DNA of 60,000 nt from positions 374,001 to 434,000 of the forward strand of contig CM075998.1 of NCBI GenBank assembly GCA_038087875.1, in the 5' to 3' direction. Below, one piece after another: positions 47,420-59,870 of the stretch. A program made the position numbers and the translations under genes. The stretch comes from Malacoraja senta. Its lineage: Eukaryota. Position 1 is the stretch's first letter, and the number at the start of each line of letters is the position of its first letter. The notes under the pieces were generated by a model. The model had not been told where the DNA came from, searched no databases, and saw only the letters and a list, made by a program, of their open reading frames with translations.

Positions 47420-48349
47420 GTCGCTGTCGGACCTAGGAACAAGTAACAGCAACGTGAAACCCTGGTCCTGCTCTCACTAAAAAATACTAATAGTCGTTTA
47501 TCAATCACATTAAATATACAGGCACCAGGCTATTAAACACTACAACCTCCCTTAAGCTCTGAATTGCATAGACTATTGATGTTATTATTGCACTATTATT
47601 GTTGTTTTTAGACAACTTTTGTTCTCGTTTATTATATTGTTTACAGTGTACCATTGTGTTGTGCTGCTGCAAGTAAGAATGTCATTGTTCTATCTGGGAC
47701 ATTTGACAATAAAACACTTGACTCTGATCGACTGCTTCATTTCCCCTGTTAAAGCATCAATTCATATTACTATAGGACATAAAAGAACTAAATGTCACAA
47801 AAGAACAGCCACCGCCATCTCACAGCGACACGGTGACAGTATCAGTCACACAGCACAGAAACAGACCATCGTTTCTGTGTAGGAAGGAACAGCAGATGCT
47901 GGTTTACACAAAAAGCTGGAGTAACTCAGTGGGGACAGGTAGCATCTCTGGAGAGAAGGAATCAGTATGTTATATATACTGCATAACATTTAGATGTATT
48001 ATACAGTGTATTTTATAGTTTTTATAGTCACTATGTTGTGAAGTTTGCATAGTGTATCTTGTACAGTGAATATACACAGTATATCATATAGAGTATATAT
48101 TAGCAGAAGAGACCACACTGTACACGTGCTGTACTCCAGCACTTTGCACCTATCCATGTTCTCCAGAGATGCTGCCTGACCCACTGAGTTACTCCAGCAC
48201 TTTGTGTCTTGCTTTTGCACCTGCAGTTCCCTGTGTCTACCAAAGGGTCTCGACCCGAACCGTCGCCTATTCCTTCTCTCCAGAGATGCTGCCTCACCCG
48301 CCGAGTTACTCCAGCATTTTTCTTGTCTATCCCCGGTGTTTACAATTAC

Positions 48350-48480
48350 CTTTATACTCGAGGTGCTTGGCGGAAGCTGGCTGCGAGGTCGCTGGAGTGT
48401 CCCAGGCTGAGCCGCTTCTTCCCCGCTGCTTCGCGTTGCTGTGTGTGGCGCGCTGCGTGTGTGTTATTTGAGAGGCAGCT
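48350..48480 (-). other. NAB2: Putative non-coding first exon of NAB2 (5' boundary approximate)
   Basis: Minus-strand donor AAAG|gtaatt at the edge of a CpG-rich island; when spliced, an in-frame TAA precedes the ATG at 47419. Confidence 0.55.
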
Positions 48481-48800
48481 GGATATTTCCGGCTCGATTC
48501 ACGCCTCCACGGCGGGGGTGGAGGGTCGGTCGCCGAATGACGCGTGTCCGTCCGTGGGTGGAAGCGGGGGCGGCGAGCAGCCCACGTCCGTGTCCCGGGG
48601 AGACTCTCGATCAGAGGGCGGCAGGAGACAGCAGACCCAGAAAAACCCAACCCGCACACTGCTGACGGGAAACATTCACTCCGCCCTCGCATTTCATGAA
48701 TCACTTTATCCTCGTTCTAAGACCACAAGCCCTGGAGTTGGCCATTTGGGGCCCTTGATCGGCCAAATCGGATCAGCGTGGATAGGCATGGGCGAAATGG
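48360..48800 (-). promoter_or_regulatory. CpG island / NAB2 promoter with EGR, ETS and CRE-like sites
   Basis: GC/CpG-rich; GCGGGGGCG at 48564-48572, GCGGGGGTG at 48512-48520, ATTTCCGG at 48485-48492, TGACG at 48538-48542. Confidence 0.65.
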
Positions 48801-49457
48801 GCCGAAGGGACACTAAAAACTGGAGTAACTCAGCGGGACAGGCAGCATCTCTGGAGAGAAGCAATGGGCGATGTTTCGGGTCGAGACCCTTCTTCAGACT
48901 GAGAGTCAGGGGAGAGGGAGACTAGAGATATAAACAGTGATGTAGAGAGATAGAGAACAAATGAATGAAAGATTTTTTTTTAAGTAGCGATGATAAAGGA
49001 AAGGTGGAGCCCACAATGGTCCATTGTTAGCTGTGGGCCAGGTGATAACGAGTGATACATGCCGAATGGCCTGTTTGTGTGCTGTGCATTTCTATTATTC
49101 TATCTCGGTTTCACTTAGTTCAGTTTATTGTCACGTGTACCGAGGTAGAGTGACAAGTGAAAAGCTATCCTCCCCAAGGTAGAGAGAGCAGACCTGCACA
49201 CAGTGTGTCAGGTGTGACCCACCAGGATCCAGCTTTACATTACAACCCTTGAAATAAGAGCCAACACTTCACCTGTCTTTGCTATTTCCCGCTTTGTGTT
49301 CCATGCACAAGGATTCCCAAATCCCTTTGTATTGCAGCTTTCTGCTGTTTCTCTCCACTTCATTAATGTTCTGTCCTCTTTCTCCCTTCAAATGTGAACT
49401 GCTTCACACGTTCCCACATTATACCCACTTGCCAACTTTTTGCCCATTCACCTAACC

Positions 49458-50209
49458 CAGGGGTGGGGAACCTGCGGCCTTAAGGCCATTAAGTGGTAAA
49501 GGGGGATGAAAGCAGGAGAGTTGGTATATCCCATTTGCGTGATGCTTATAACAAAGTATTTGTTTTTCTCTTTTTTCCTCTTTCTCTTTTTCTTCTTCTT
49601 TAGGGTCTATCTCTTAATCCTTTCTTTTTAATTTCTTTTCTACAGGGTCTCTGTTCTTTCTTGTTGTCACGTTTTTACACCTTCACTATTTTCCTTCACT
49701 TTCTCTTTTTTCTTAATCTCAACCTTTCCTTTTTATCAGTGTAAAAAATGACAGAGTACATTAATTGTAATAAGATATACGTGATGAGTACTAATGTAAT
49801 TGGTTGTAATGTAATGTACTTCTAATAAATAAAAAAAAATTTTTTTTTTAAAAGGCCATTAAGTGCAGCCTTTTGAATGAATCCAAATTTTGTACAACAA
49901 ATCCTTATATTTTTATTAATATGTTTTTGTTCGTCTTTTATTATTGTTATTTTAATCTTAAAATGAACGTATTTAAAATACCAAAGAGTAAAAGAAGATT
50001 CAACAATAATCCTTTAATTGATCAGTCTGAAGAAGGGTTTCGGCCCGAAACGTTACCTATTTCCTTCGCTCCATAGATGCTGCTGCACCCGCTGAGTTTC
50101 TCCAGCATTTTTGTGTACCATCCTTTAATTGAAGTTTCTTGGATGCGACCTTTTTAGATTACATCTAACTTAATGCGGCCTTCCGACATGAAAAGGTTCC
50201 CCACCCCTG
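49458..50209. mobile_element. hAT-type MITE with two nested retro-insertions
   Basis: 16-bp TIR CAGGGGTGGGGAACCT / AGGTTCCCCACCCCTG; 8-bp TSD ACCTAACC at 49450-49457 and 50210-50217. Confidence 0.88.
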
Positions 50210-52504
50210 ACCTAACCTATTAGTATTTCCCTGTAAACTGTATTGCTTTCACAGCTCGCTCTCCCACAGTGTTCAATGTGTTCAATAGACATCGGTAGAT
50301 GTTTAGGTATTATAAATTAATCAAGAAATATCAGTTTAGGCAAGAAATAGACAACCTGTTCTGCAGCTGATGGGCACTCTCCCCTATCACATATTCTGCC
50401 CACCCACCCACTGAATCAGGCATTCTGCTCCTTTAAATACTTTCCCCGCCCACTGAATCTCCTCCCTCACTCGAAACCAAAGATGCTCGAAACGCCCTCG
50501 CTGTTAAGATTCTAACCACCCACGGAATGCTCGCCCACAGCCACACAGTCTGCCCTATTGCAGGCTCTTTCCACCCACTGGATCAACTTGTACACCCCAT
50601 GGACACGCTCCTCTGGCTGCCTTCAGGGAGAGACAGCTGTACCATGGGCTTTGATTATTGGTATTGGCTTCGGAGGTCTTAAAGGCAGTTAAGTGATCTG
50701 GGCTGCTGCAGATACGATACAATAGAACTTCATTTATCCCAGGAGGGAAATTGGTCTGCCAACAGTCATAAAAACACAACTAGATACAAGAAACATGAAA
50801 TTAAATTGACGAGTGGAAAGTCCAGGATTAGGGATGTGCAAAATTGGGTGGGAGGGGGGGGGGGGGGGGGGAAGTCGGACTACCCCACGACAGAAGATGG
50901 AGCAGTTGTAATTTGATAGCCAGAGGGATGCGTTCTGTGCTGCATCTTGGTGGAACCAGTCTGTTGCTGAAGGTGCTCCTCAGGTTGACCAGTGTGTCCT
51001 GGACAGCCCAATCCCAGGAGCATCGTCTGGCCTCGTGAGCAATGGAAGCACTGAGGGTAACAATATTTCTCCTCTCATTGCAGAAACGAGGAACTGCTTT
51101 CCCAAGGATGCTGGTTTACCATATAAAGGCACAAAGTGCTGGAGTAACTCAGTGGTTCAGGCAGCATCCCTGGAGAACATGGATAGATGACGATTCGTGT
51201 CGGGACCCTTCTTCCCCTCTGATTGTTGGTTCTCAGGCAATGTCTTTGCCCCTGTCCCACAGTCAGCTATCCAAGACTTGATCCTCTGGTGTCGATGCAC
51301 TCATTGGAAACCAGCAATTCTGAGGCAAGAGTTTATCACGGACTCCCATCACGGATGTCACCGTCCCACCAAGTAAAATTGAGCAGCCTTTCAGCAGAAG
51401 GAGTAGAAACATTGCTTTGGAGTAGTGAGCCAATTAAGCTGAGTTGGAAGGCAAGCATTAGGGAACGCACCAGTCAGTTGTTATTCATATTGATATATTT
51501 GTTGTTAGTTGAAAACCTTTCTTCCAATCATTGATGCATCAGGAATCCAACAGATAAATCACGCAGCCTCCTGGGAGATAGATTAATGCATTTTATGCTC
51601 TCCCTCTTTGAAAATTTCATTGCTCCCCCAGTAGTTAGTCGGTTACTAAGGCATCATTCCATTCCCCTTCAGCAAGGAGATGAAATTGTTCTAGTTTGTC
51701 AGGAGTTATGTGGCAGATGTATCGAGAAAGTTGGGAACTGCTAGTACCTCATCTTAGAGCAATATATGGATAACCACTGTATGAGTAGCAATAGATACAA
51801 TCCAAACTCATGCTTAGTTTGTAATTAATAATCCCTTAAAATGTTCTATAATTAAGAATACTTGTCCACCTGGAGATCATTTTGTACAAATAGTGAGATG
51901 AATGGACAGGATACTTCAAATCCTTTATGAACTGATCGCATTTTTCTTCCAAATGTGTCTCCTCGATTCTTTACCATGTGATATTGCTGGGAGCCTGGCA
52001 AATTTGTCCCCGTCTTCTATCAGTGAGACCACTTGCAGAGATAGATACATTTTTCTGGGCATCCTGAGGACCACAATTACTGATCGTTTACATTTGGCTG
52101 GTATTCCTATTACTAGCTCTGACACGATCTGAGATGTATTGCCAAAAATGCAGAACCCACGAAAGACATCCATATGTGCTTGGACGCTCAAAGACCCTCA
52201 GCTCAACGCTCCGTCTGAAAATTGTAGTACTTCCAGTTCTTGCATATGTAAACAGCTGAGACATATGCAGGAAATGGCTGTAATTCAAGCAAGCATAGAA
52301 AACGATTCTCACGTGGATCAGTCTTGCCTATTGCATTAATGGCATGCATTAAGTGGTATTGCACCAAACACTGGAGGTTTTTTAAAGGATCCTCAGTGAT
52401 AGATTTGATTGAAATCTGTTTGGATCCTTAATGGAATCAAATACTTGCAATGAATGAGTCCTCTTTGTTTACAGAGGGGTTGTCATAACTGCTAAATGTG
52501 GTTC

Positions 52505-52856
52505 TGTTTAAGAAGGAACTGCAGATGTTGGAAAAATCAAAAGTAGACAAAAAATGCTGGAGAAACTCAGCGGGTGAGGCAGCATGTATGGAGAAAAGGA
52601 GTAGGCAACGTTTCGGATCGAGACCCTTCTTCAGACTGCTGTCGGGGGTGGGACGGAAAAAGAAAGGAAGAGGCAGAGACAGTAGGCTGTGGGAGAGCTG
52701 GGAAGGGCGAGGGGAAGGAGGGAAAAAGCAAGGACTACCTGAAATTAGAGAAGTCAATGTTCATACTGCTGGGGTGTAAACTACCCAAGCGAAATATGAG
52801 GTGTTGTTCCTCCAATTTGCGCTGGGCCTCACTCTGGCAATGGAGGAGGCCCAGGG
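52505..52856 (-). mobile_element. Penelope-like element 3' fragment: GIY-YIG endonuclease C-terminus plus terminal repeat
   Basis: 52854-52735 translates LGLLHCQSEAQRKLEEQHLIFRLGSLHPSSMNIDFSNFR*, followed by the window-wide terminal repeat. Confidence 0.8.
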
Positions 52857-55800
52857 TGGAGGCCCAGCAGTATTCTGTGCACATTGAGTATGATGGACCT
52901 TCTCAGACTGGCCTCCCAAGAAAACATTGGAAGGTAAGAACATTCTGTGTGTGAATGCATTTTCTTTTTTTTTCACTCTCATTACATTGGCAGCCCGGAG
53001 ATGTCAATGTCTCTCGTTGCAACTTTCACTGCAGTCTTGTCCAGACATGACATCTTGCTGAACGCTTGTCTGCGGACTAAGTTAAAGGATTTTGGTGGTG
53101 TCTGTACCCGAGGTCAACTGGTGTTGAAGAGAAAACGGACTCTGCTACATGGATCTTCTACCATGGGCAATGGGCAAATCATAAGGATTAGACCTTTAGT
53201 TTTACACAGGCAAATCTTCCCGAAGAGGTGTGAATCCCCTAGAGCAGGATACCCAGGAGAATATGTGACCAACTAGATTAGCCCTTGTCCAAAGAGCTTG
53301 CAAATTCACAAATTCAACGCTGAAGGATAAAAGTCTCCGTTGCTTGGGCGAGGGAGCATCGACCACCTCCCTAATGGTGTGGTGAGCAAAAACCTGCGAG
53401 AGGCCACATGGATCAACCATTGTGGACTGGAACGATCCAGGGCCTAGGAAATGCCGGTTGATGGTGAAGTGAGCATGAACACCACACACAAAATGTCCAG
53501 ACATGGGCGCAAGGCTGCAGTGTGGCCACGCAAGGGTGCAGGCTTCTGTCACCACTGACTTAGAAAACCTTAGTCTTCCGAGATGTTGCTTCACTAACAG
53601 GTCGAGACAGCAGCCTGACTTCCTGTATATTCTGCGATTGGGGTGGGGGATGAGGTCTGTGAACATGAGGCCTTCTACGCCTCCTCTGGTCAATCAGAGG
53701 AGAGTTCACAATCAGGAGTCAGTCTCCAGAACAGCCTCGATCCTCCAGTTTGTGCCAATTGTGTGGGTGGCCCTGCTATAGAAACATGCAGGTGTTCATT
53801 GATCTGATGTGGGGAAAACGTTGACCCATTTTCTCTTTGTGCTGCACACCCAGATCAAACCCATGGCCCTGCCGTCTGCAAGACTCAACTAAACACCACG
53901 AATCTTACCTGATGTGAGCTGGTTGACATTACTGCTCAGGCTGAACGAGTTTAACGAACTGCACAAATGCAGCAAGGAGTAAAGTAAATCCTGGAACTCA
54001 CACCAGCAGCACTGTGGGAGCACCTTCACCACAAGCACCGCCATGATTCATGTAAATTAGTCACCACCACCATCTCCAGAGCAATTCGGGATGGGCAATA
54101 AATGCTGGCCTTGCCAGTGGTGCATACATTCCCCCAATAGAGAAATAAAATGTAAAACCAGGTTGGACACAAAGTGCCGGAATAACTCAGCAGGTCAGGC
54201 AACATCTCTGGAGAACATGGATCGGTGATGTTTCGGATTGAGGCCCTTCTTCAGACTGACCCAAAACATTGCCTATCCATGTTCTCCAGAGATGTTGCCT
54301 GACCTGCTGAGTTATTCCAGCGCTTTGTGTCCTTTTGTGTATTAACCAGCATCTGCAGTTGTTTGTTTCAAGACTGTAAAACCAGATTGCTGGCTGCTGT
54401 CCACTGGATGGTACAAAGTGAAGATCTATCCAACAAAGTTTTAAAGAGTTAAAGAAGGAACTGCAGATGCTGGAAAATCGAAGGTACACAAAAATGCTGG
54501 AGAAACTCAGCGGGTGCAGCAGCATCTATGGAGCGAAGGAAATAGGTAACGTTTCGGGCCGAAACCCTTCTTCAGACTCCCAACAAAGTTGTTAGCCTGA
54601 CGGGAAGCCATTTTGACATTGTGATTTTTTTCCCCATTCAAGGCAAGTGGATACTGTTGACAAGGTCAGCAATTATCATAGGTCTGGAGTCACATATGGA
54701 CAAAGACAGTACATTTCCTTCATTAAAAGGCATAACCACAATCCATAGTTTGATAATCTTAGTAATATAGGTTTTGTTTAATTTATTAATGTAGAATCTC
54801 TAGGTGCTATGGTAAAAATTCACACAAGATCTCTGGAGTGCAAGTTCGGGGAAATAACCACGATCCCATCACTCCCTCTTGTATTTGTCAGCTCCAGTCC
54901 AGCCACTTGATCTGGCTCTGCTCCTTTGCCATCTTTTGCCAGCTTTGGATGACACAGTTTCACAAAGTGAAATATTTGAGTGAATAGTTAAATACACAAG
55001 TGAACCGGGGCACATGGGCTAGTGTGGGCGTAGTGTAGGGGAGGGGATTTATTATGTTGCAAGTGTGAAACAGAACTGGCTGTCCGATTTGGTTCCACTT
55101 CCGGGATAAAAAGACTGCATGTGACAAAAATCCCCTATTACAGGAAGGAGCTGCAGGCATGATGTGGCTGAATCTGGCAGCCAAGACTTCTGTTTTCCCA
55201 GCCAGACCACAAATATGGTGAGAAGAAACAGGAAATAAATGAAGGGTGCTTTAGATAAGGTTGGAATGTAGCCGTGCATTGTCCCATTTTCATTCTTGTA
55301 ACCTTATTTTTTTTGTTTGGTATTTTTACCTCATGGGGCACAGGGAGTACTTTTACCACAGGAGCCCAGTCAACACCTTCTGTGGCACACAGATGCAAAA
55401 CTCTTAATTTTCTGTGATCACTCTCCAACCCACACCTTCTTCACTCAGCACCTCCTCAATTCAGTGTGCCTCGGATCAGGAAAGGAGCCAAACAGAACTC
55501 GGCTTTCTTCAACGGAAATTAGCCTGCCGAATGGCCATATGATTCCCACACTTTTCACATGGAATAAACAAGATTCCATGCAATAACCATACAACCATCA
55601 AACCACAGCAGGAGACTTGTATCTCCATGTTAATGACCCAGTCTCCATCATAAGGAGTTATACAACACAAAACAGGCCCTTTGGCCCACCAGGCCTATCC
55701 CCACCATGTTCCTTATTTTCCAATAGGAATAGATTGGGTAGATGCACAGAGTCTCTTGCCCAGAGTAGGTGAATCGAGGACCAGAAGACATAGGCTTAAG

Positions 55801-56519
55801 TCAAGTCACAGTCAAGTCACATTTATTTATATAGCACATTTAAAAAACAACTCTCGTTGGCTAAAGTGCTTTACATTTAATAGGAATCTGAGGGATAACT
55901 TTTTCACGGAAAGGGTGGTGGGTGTATGGAACGAGCTGCCAGACAGGTACATGGATAGGACAGGTTTGGGGGGATATGGACGAAACGCAGCCAGGTGGCA
56001 CTAGTATAGATGGGACATGTTGGTCGGTGTGGGCAAGTAGGGCCGAAGGGCCTGATTCCACACTGTATCACTCTATGACTCTTTAGCCACCTAATTCCTT
56101 TTTCAAAGGGTTTCGGCCCGAAACGTTACCTATTTCCTTCGCTCCATAGATGCTGCTGCACCCGCTGAGTTTCTCCAGCATTTTTGTCTACCTCCTTTTT
56201 CAAAACCTCTGCTTCAACAATGGTTTATGATTGGGAATTCCACATCCTAGAATGTATTTGTAACTTCTACCTACATTATGTGGTTATGTTCACATATGCA
56301 ATCTTGTTACTGCCTTGACAACCAATCTATTACTCCTCACCTCTTCTTCAACCTTCCTAACCCTGATAAACTCAAATTAGGTCATCATTAACCTATCGGC
56401 TTCATCTTTAAAAAAACAACTACATTCTCAAGTCTCTCTTATACTTATAGCCAGAGCCGTTTATCTTGTTAACATCCTAGGGTACTGTATAACTCTCTAC
56501 TTTTCTTTACCTTTTTTAA

Positions 56520-56741
56520 GGCTCCTGTCCCTCGGCCGCTCGGCCCCTCGGGCCGCTCCTGTCCTTCAGGCCGCCTGCAGCCAGACTAGCAGCTGGCAGC
56601 GGAAGACCCGCCCCCGCCCCGCGTCCATTGGTTGGTTTGACATTGGGCCGTTGAGGGGCGCGGGCTGATTGGCGGCGCGGGCTGTCAGTCAGCGGAGAGG
56701 CGGGCGCTGGGCCGCGGCGGCACGCTGGGCCCGGGCTGCTG
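56520..56741 (+). promoter_or_regulatory. CpG island promoter of NEMP1 (GC boxes, inverted CCAAT boxes)
   Basis: CCCGCCCCCGCCCC, three ATTGG motifs and TTGGCGG directly upstream of ATG 56742. Confidence 0.65.
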
Positions 56742-56847
56742 ATGGCGGGACGGATGAAATTTCTCGGCGTTTTGCCGCCGAATGGCCGATTCCCCTTAAT
56801 AGTTTGGGCGGCTTTTTGGTTTTCACTCACGCACTTTTGTACGGCAG
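56742..56847 (+). CDS. NEMP1: Nuclear envelope integral membrane protein 1, exon 1 (MAGRMKFLGVLPPNGRFPLIVWAAFWFSLTHFCTA)
   Basis: MAGxMK start and hydrophobic signal-like stretch as in human NEMP1; CAG|gtacgg donor, phase 1; synteny. Confidence 0.8.
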
Positions 56848-57417
56848 GTACGGTCAGGGCGAGGTTGCGTGGTGTCAATGTGGCGGGCGCTCGGGCCTCT
56901 TTATCTCCCCCGGGTGCTGGCTGCGTGTAGTGGGGGGGGCTGATGGTGGCCACTCGGTAGCGCGGAGAGAGAGAGGCGTCCTTGGCAAACTTTGCCCACA
57001 TTAGAAGATAGACACAAAGTGCTGGAGTAACTCAGCGGGACAGGCAACATCTCTGGAGAGAAGGAATGGGTTGAGACCTTTCTTCAGACTGAGAGTCGGG
57101 GGAGAGGGAGACGCCGAGATAAGGAGGGTAAGGCGTGAAATCGACAGATCAAAGCAGATGTTTCAAGGAAATGTAGAATGGTTCATTGTTGGGTCAGACA
57201 GCATCTCGCTCATGCTGTTTGACCCGCTGAGTTACTCCAACTTTTTGTGTCTATCTTTAGTTTAAACCAGCATCTGCAGGTGACAATCCCATCTCCACCC
57301 CTTTGCACTTTCCGCAGAGACCGTACCCTTTGTAACTCCCTGGTTAACTCCTCCTTTCCCACCCAAACCAGCATCTGCAGTTGCTTCCAACACATTTTGC
57401 CCACATTACAGCGTATC

Positions 57418-57815
57418 ATAGAAACATAGAAAATAGGTGCAGGAGGAGGCCATTCGGCCATTGGAGCCAGCACCGCCATGCATTGTGATCATGGCTGATC
57501 GTCCCCTATCAATAACCCGTGCCTGCCTTCTCCCCATATCCCTTGACTCCACTAGCCCCAAGAGCTCTATCTAACTCTCTCTTAAATCCATCCAGTGACT
57601 TGGCCTCCACTGCCCTCTGTGGCAGGGAATTTCACAACTCTGGGTGAAAAAGTTTTTCTCACCTCAGTCTTAAATGGCCTCCCCTTTATTCGAAGACCGT
57701 GACCCCTGGTTCTGGACTCGCCCAACATTAGGAACATTTTTCCTGCATTTAGCTTGTCCAGTCCATTTATAATTTAATATGTTTCTGTAAGATCCCCCTC
57801 ATGCTTCTGAACTCC
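57418..57815 (-). mobile_element. CR1 LINE 3' fragment in NEMP1 intron 1
   Basis: CR1 3' tail and ESRTRGH motif on the minus strand. Confidence 0.8.
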
Positions 57816-59136
57816 TGGCACTCGAACCCACACTTTCCAGTTGAGTGCTTGGAGAATGGTCCCACCACCTCGATAATAGATGGACAGCCAACAGTTACCT
57901 ACTGGATGTAGGTAACCTAAGAGGTGTTGTTAGTAAGTTTGCAGATGACATGACAGTTGGTTATGGGTTTGGCAAGTAAAATTAGGCAGAACCCCAAATC
58001 ATTCTAGAAGTAGAAACATTGAACTGCAGATGCTGCTTAATACACACAAGGACAAAGTGCTGGAGTAACTTAGCAGGCCAGGCATCATCTGTGGAGAACA
58101 TCTCTTGACCTGAAACATCACCTATCCATGTTCCCTTGAGATGCTGCCTGACCTGCTGAGTTACTCCAGCGCTTTGTTTTTCTTTCATTCCATAAGTCAA
58201 GGCAAGTCACTTTTATTTCTATCGCACATTAAAAAAAAACAACTCGTTGGCCAAAGTACTTTACATTGGTGGAGGTACTAACGTTATACAACATTGGTTC
58301 ATAGATTAAGTACATACATAAATACATACATACATACATGTATATTAGGACCTGGAGGGCTACAAGGAACTGCAGATTGGACAGGCTGGGCTTATTTTCC
58401 CTGGAGCAAAGGAGGCTGAGGGGTTGTTAGACCTAAATGTATGAATAGGGTAGTCAAAAACCTTTCCCACACGAATGTAGGGATTTCAAACTGCCCAATT
58501 GTTTAGAGTCGTTCTAGATATCAATAGGAAATAATGTCAACACACTGAGTGCATGACCGCCAACTGTTTTCACCCCCCACGTCACTGTCCCTTTTTGTCC
58601 TGAGTCTGTTATTGCTCATTGCCTTCCCCATTTGTTTTGTTTTTCCTCCTTTCTTCTTAGTGCAGTTTGCCATCTCATCGCCTACAGTATTATTTGAGCT
58701 GTTTGGATAGAAGGTTGTTGACCTGAGATGTTTTTTCTCTGCGTAAATCCTGCCTAACGTAAACATGAACAGAATTCACATTTGCATCATTTTGCTTTTG
58801 CATTTGCTGCTTGCCCCTTTGCTGGTATCTCTATCAAGGCTGGCATTGGTTTTCAAGATGGCTACTTGTCAATGGTGCCCTGTGTATTGAAATTCGAGGA
58901 GGTGCATTGTAAAGTGGAATGGATACTATCCCTGGTTTGTTCAGCTTCTGACGTTAACCGTGACTTGCTCTTCCTCATAGAAGGTCTTGATCAGGATAGC
59001 TAGCAGGCCACCAGGGCTGTCACAATGCACTTGTGTAAACATCTGACCACCAAGAATGGCAGATATAGTTTTCAGAAATAGCCATCAAGATGATCGGTCG
59101 GTGAGTAATTTGCGAATATATGTCTTGTTGAAACAG

Positions 59137-59264
59137 TAACAGAAGGAAATGGAAGAATTATCCACATTAAAGAAGGCAAAGTCCAGTGCTCCAATGAACT
59201 GATGCACTTTTGCTTTAAGAATAAAATGTATCCTGGTTGGAGAGAGATTTGGACACGGATTCAG
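59137..59264 (+). CDS. NEMP1: NEMP1 exon 2 (...HFCFKNKMYPGWREIWTRIQ); gene continues beyond the window
   Basis: FCxxN...PxWxxIWTRIQ matches NEMP1; phase 1 start; gtagga donor; in-frame alternative acceptor at 59143. Confidence 0.87.
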
Positions 59265-59562
59265 GTAGGAGCCCTTCCAGGCCAACACTTGCTAACAACA
59301 TGCCTTTCATTTGGATATATCTGCCAATCTACTCTTGTCTCTTTATCTTTCATTTATGTTTTTACTTCTCCATGCAACCTGTATTCAAATCTAGTTCATC
59401 CGTGTCAAGCTGGTGTTTGTTATGTGCCTTTTATTTACATGATGAAAATAATTTCACAACAAGTATTTATGATCTGGGTGCATTGCCTGGCATTGTAGTG
59501 AGAGCATATTCAATAGTATAATTCAAAAGATTTCAAAGTACTTGGAAAGGATTTGGGACTCG

Positions 59563-59870
59563 GGCGATATAGTGATGCAGCTGGTAGAGTTCCAACACGC
59601 AGCTCCGACGATCTGGGTTAGATCCTGACCTCGGGTACTGTCTGTGTGGAGTTTGCACATTCTCCCTGTGTCACGTGGGTTTCCACCTGGTGCTCCGGTT
59701 TCCTCCCACATCCCAAAGACGTGTGGGTCTGTAGGTTAATTGGTCTCTGTAAAATTGGCTCCGAGTGTGCAGGGAGTGGATGGGAAAGTGGGACAATGTA
59801 GAACTAGTGTGAACGGATGAACGATGGTTGGCGTGGACCAAAGGGCCTGTTTCCATGATGTACTTGTAAA
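59563..59870 (+). mobile_element. tRNA-derived SINE, diverged
   Basis: Body GGAGTTTGCACATTCTCCCTGTG...GGGCCTGTTTCC. Confidence 0.7.

Noticed and set aside
48209..48925. 238-aa plus-strand ORF and overlapping ORFs
   Set aside because: GC-rich promoter flanked by repeats; no recognisable domain
51300..53900. Unique-looking intergenic stretch with several 90-160 aa ORFs
   Set aside because: No motif or coherent exon chain recognised; may be a decayed LINE, but a translated database search would be needed
56516..57004. 161-aa minus-strand and 111-aa plus-strand ORFs
   Set aside because: Stop-poor CpG island around NEMP1 exon 1
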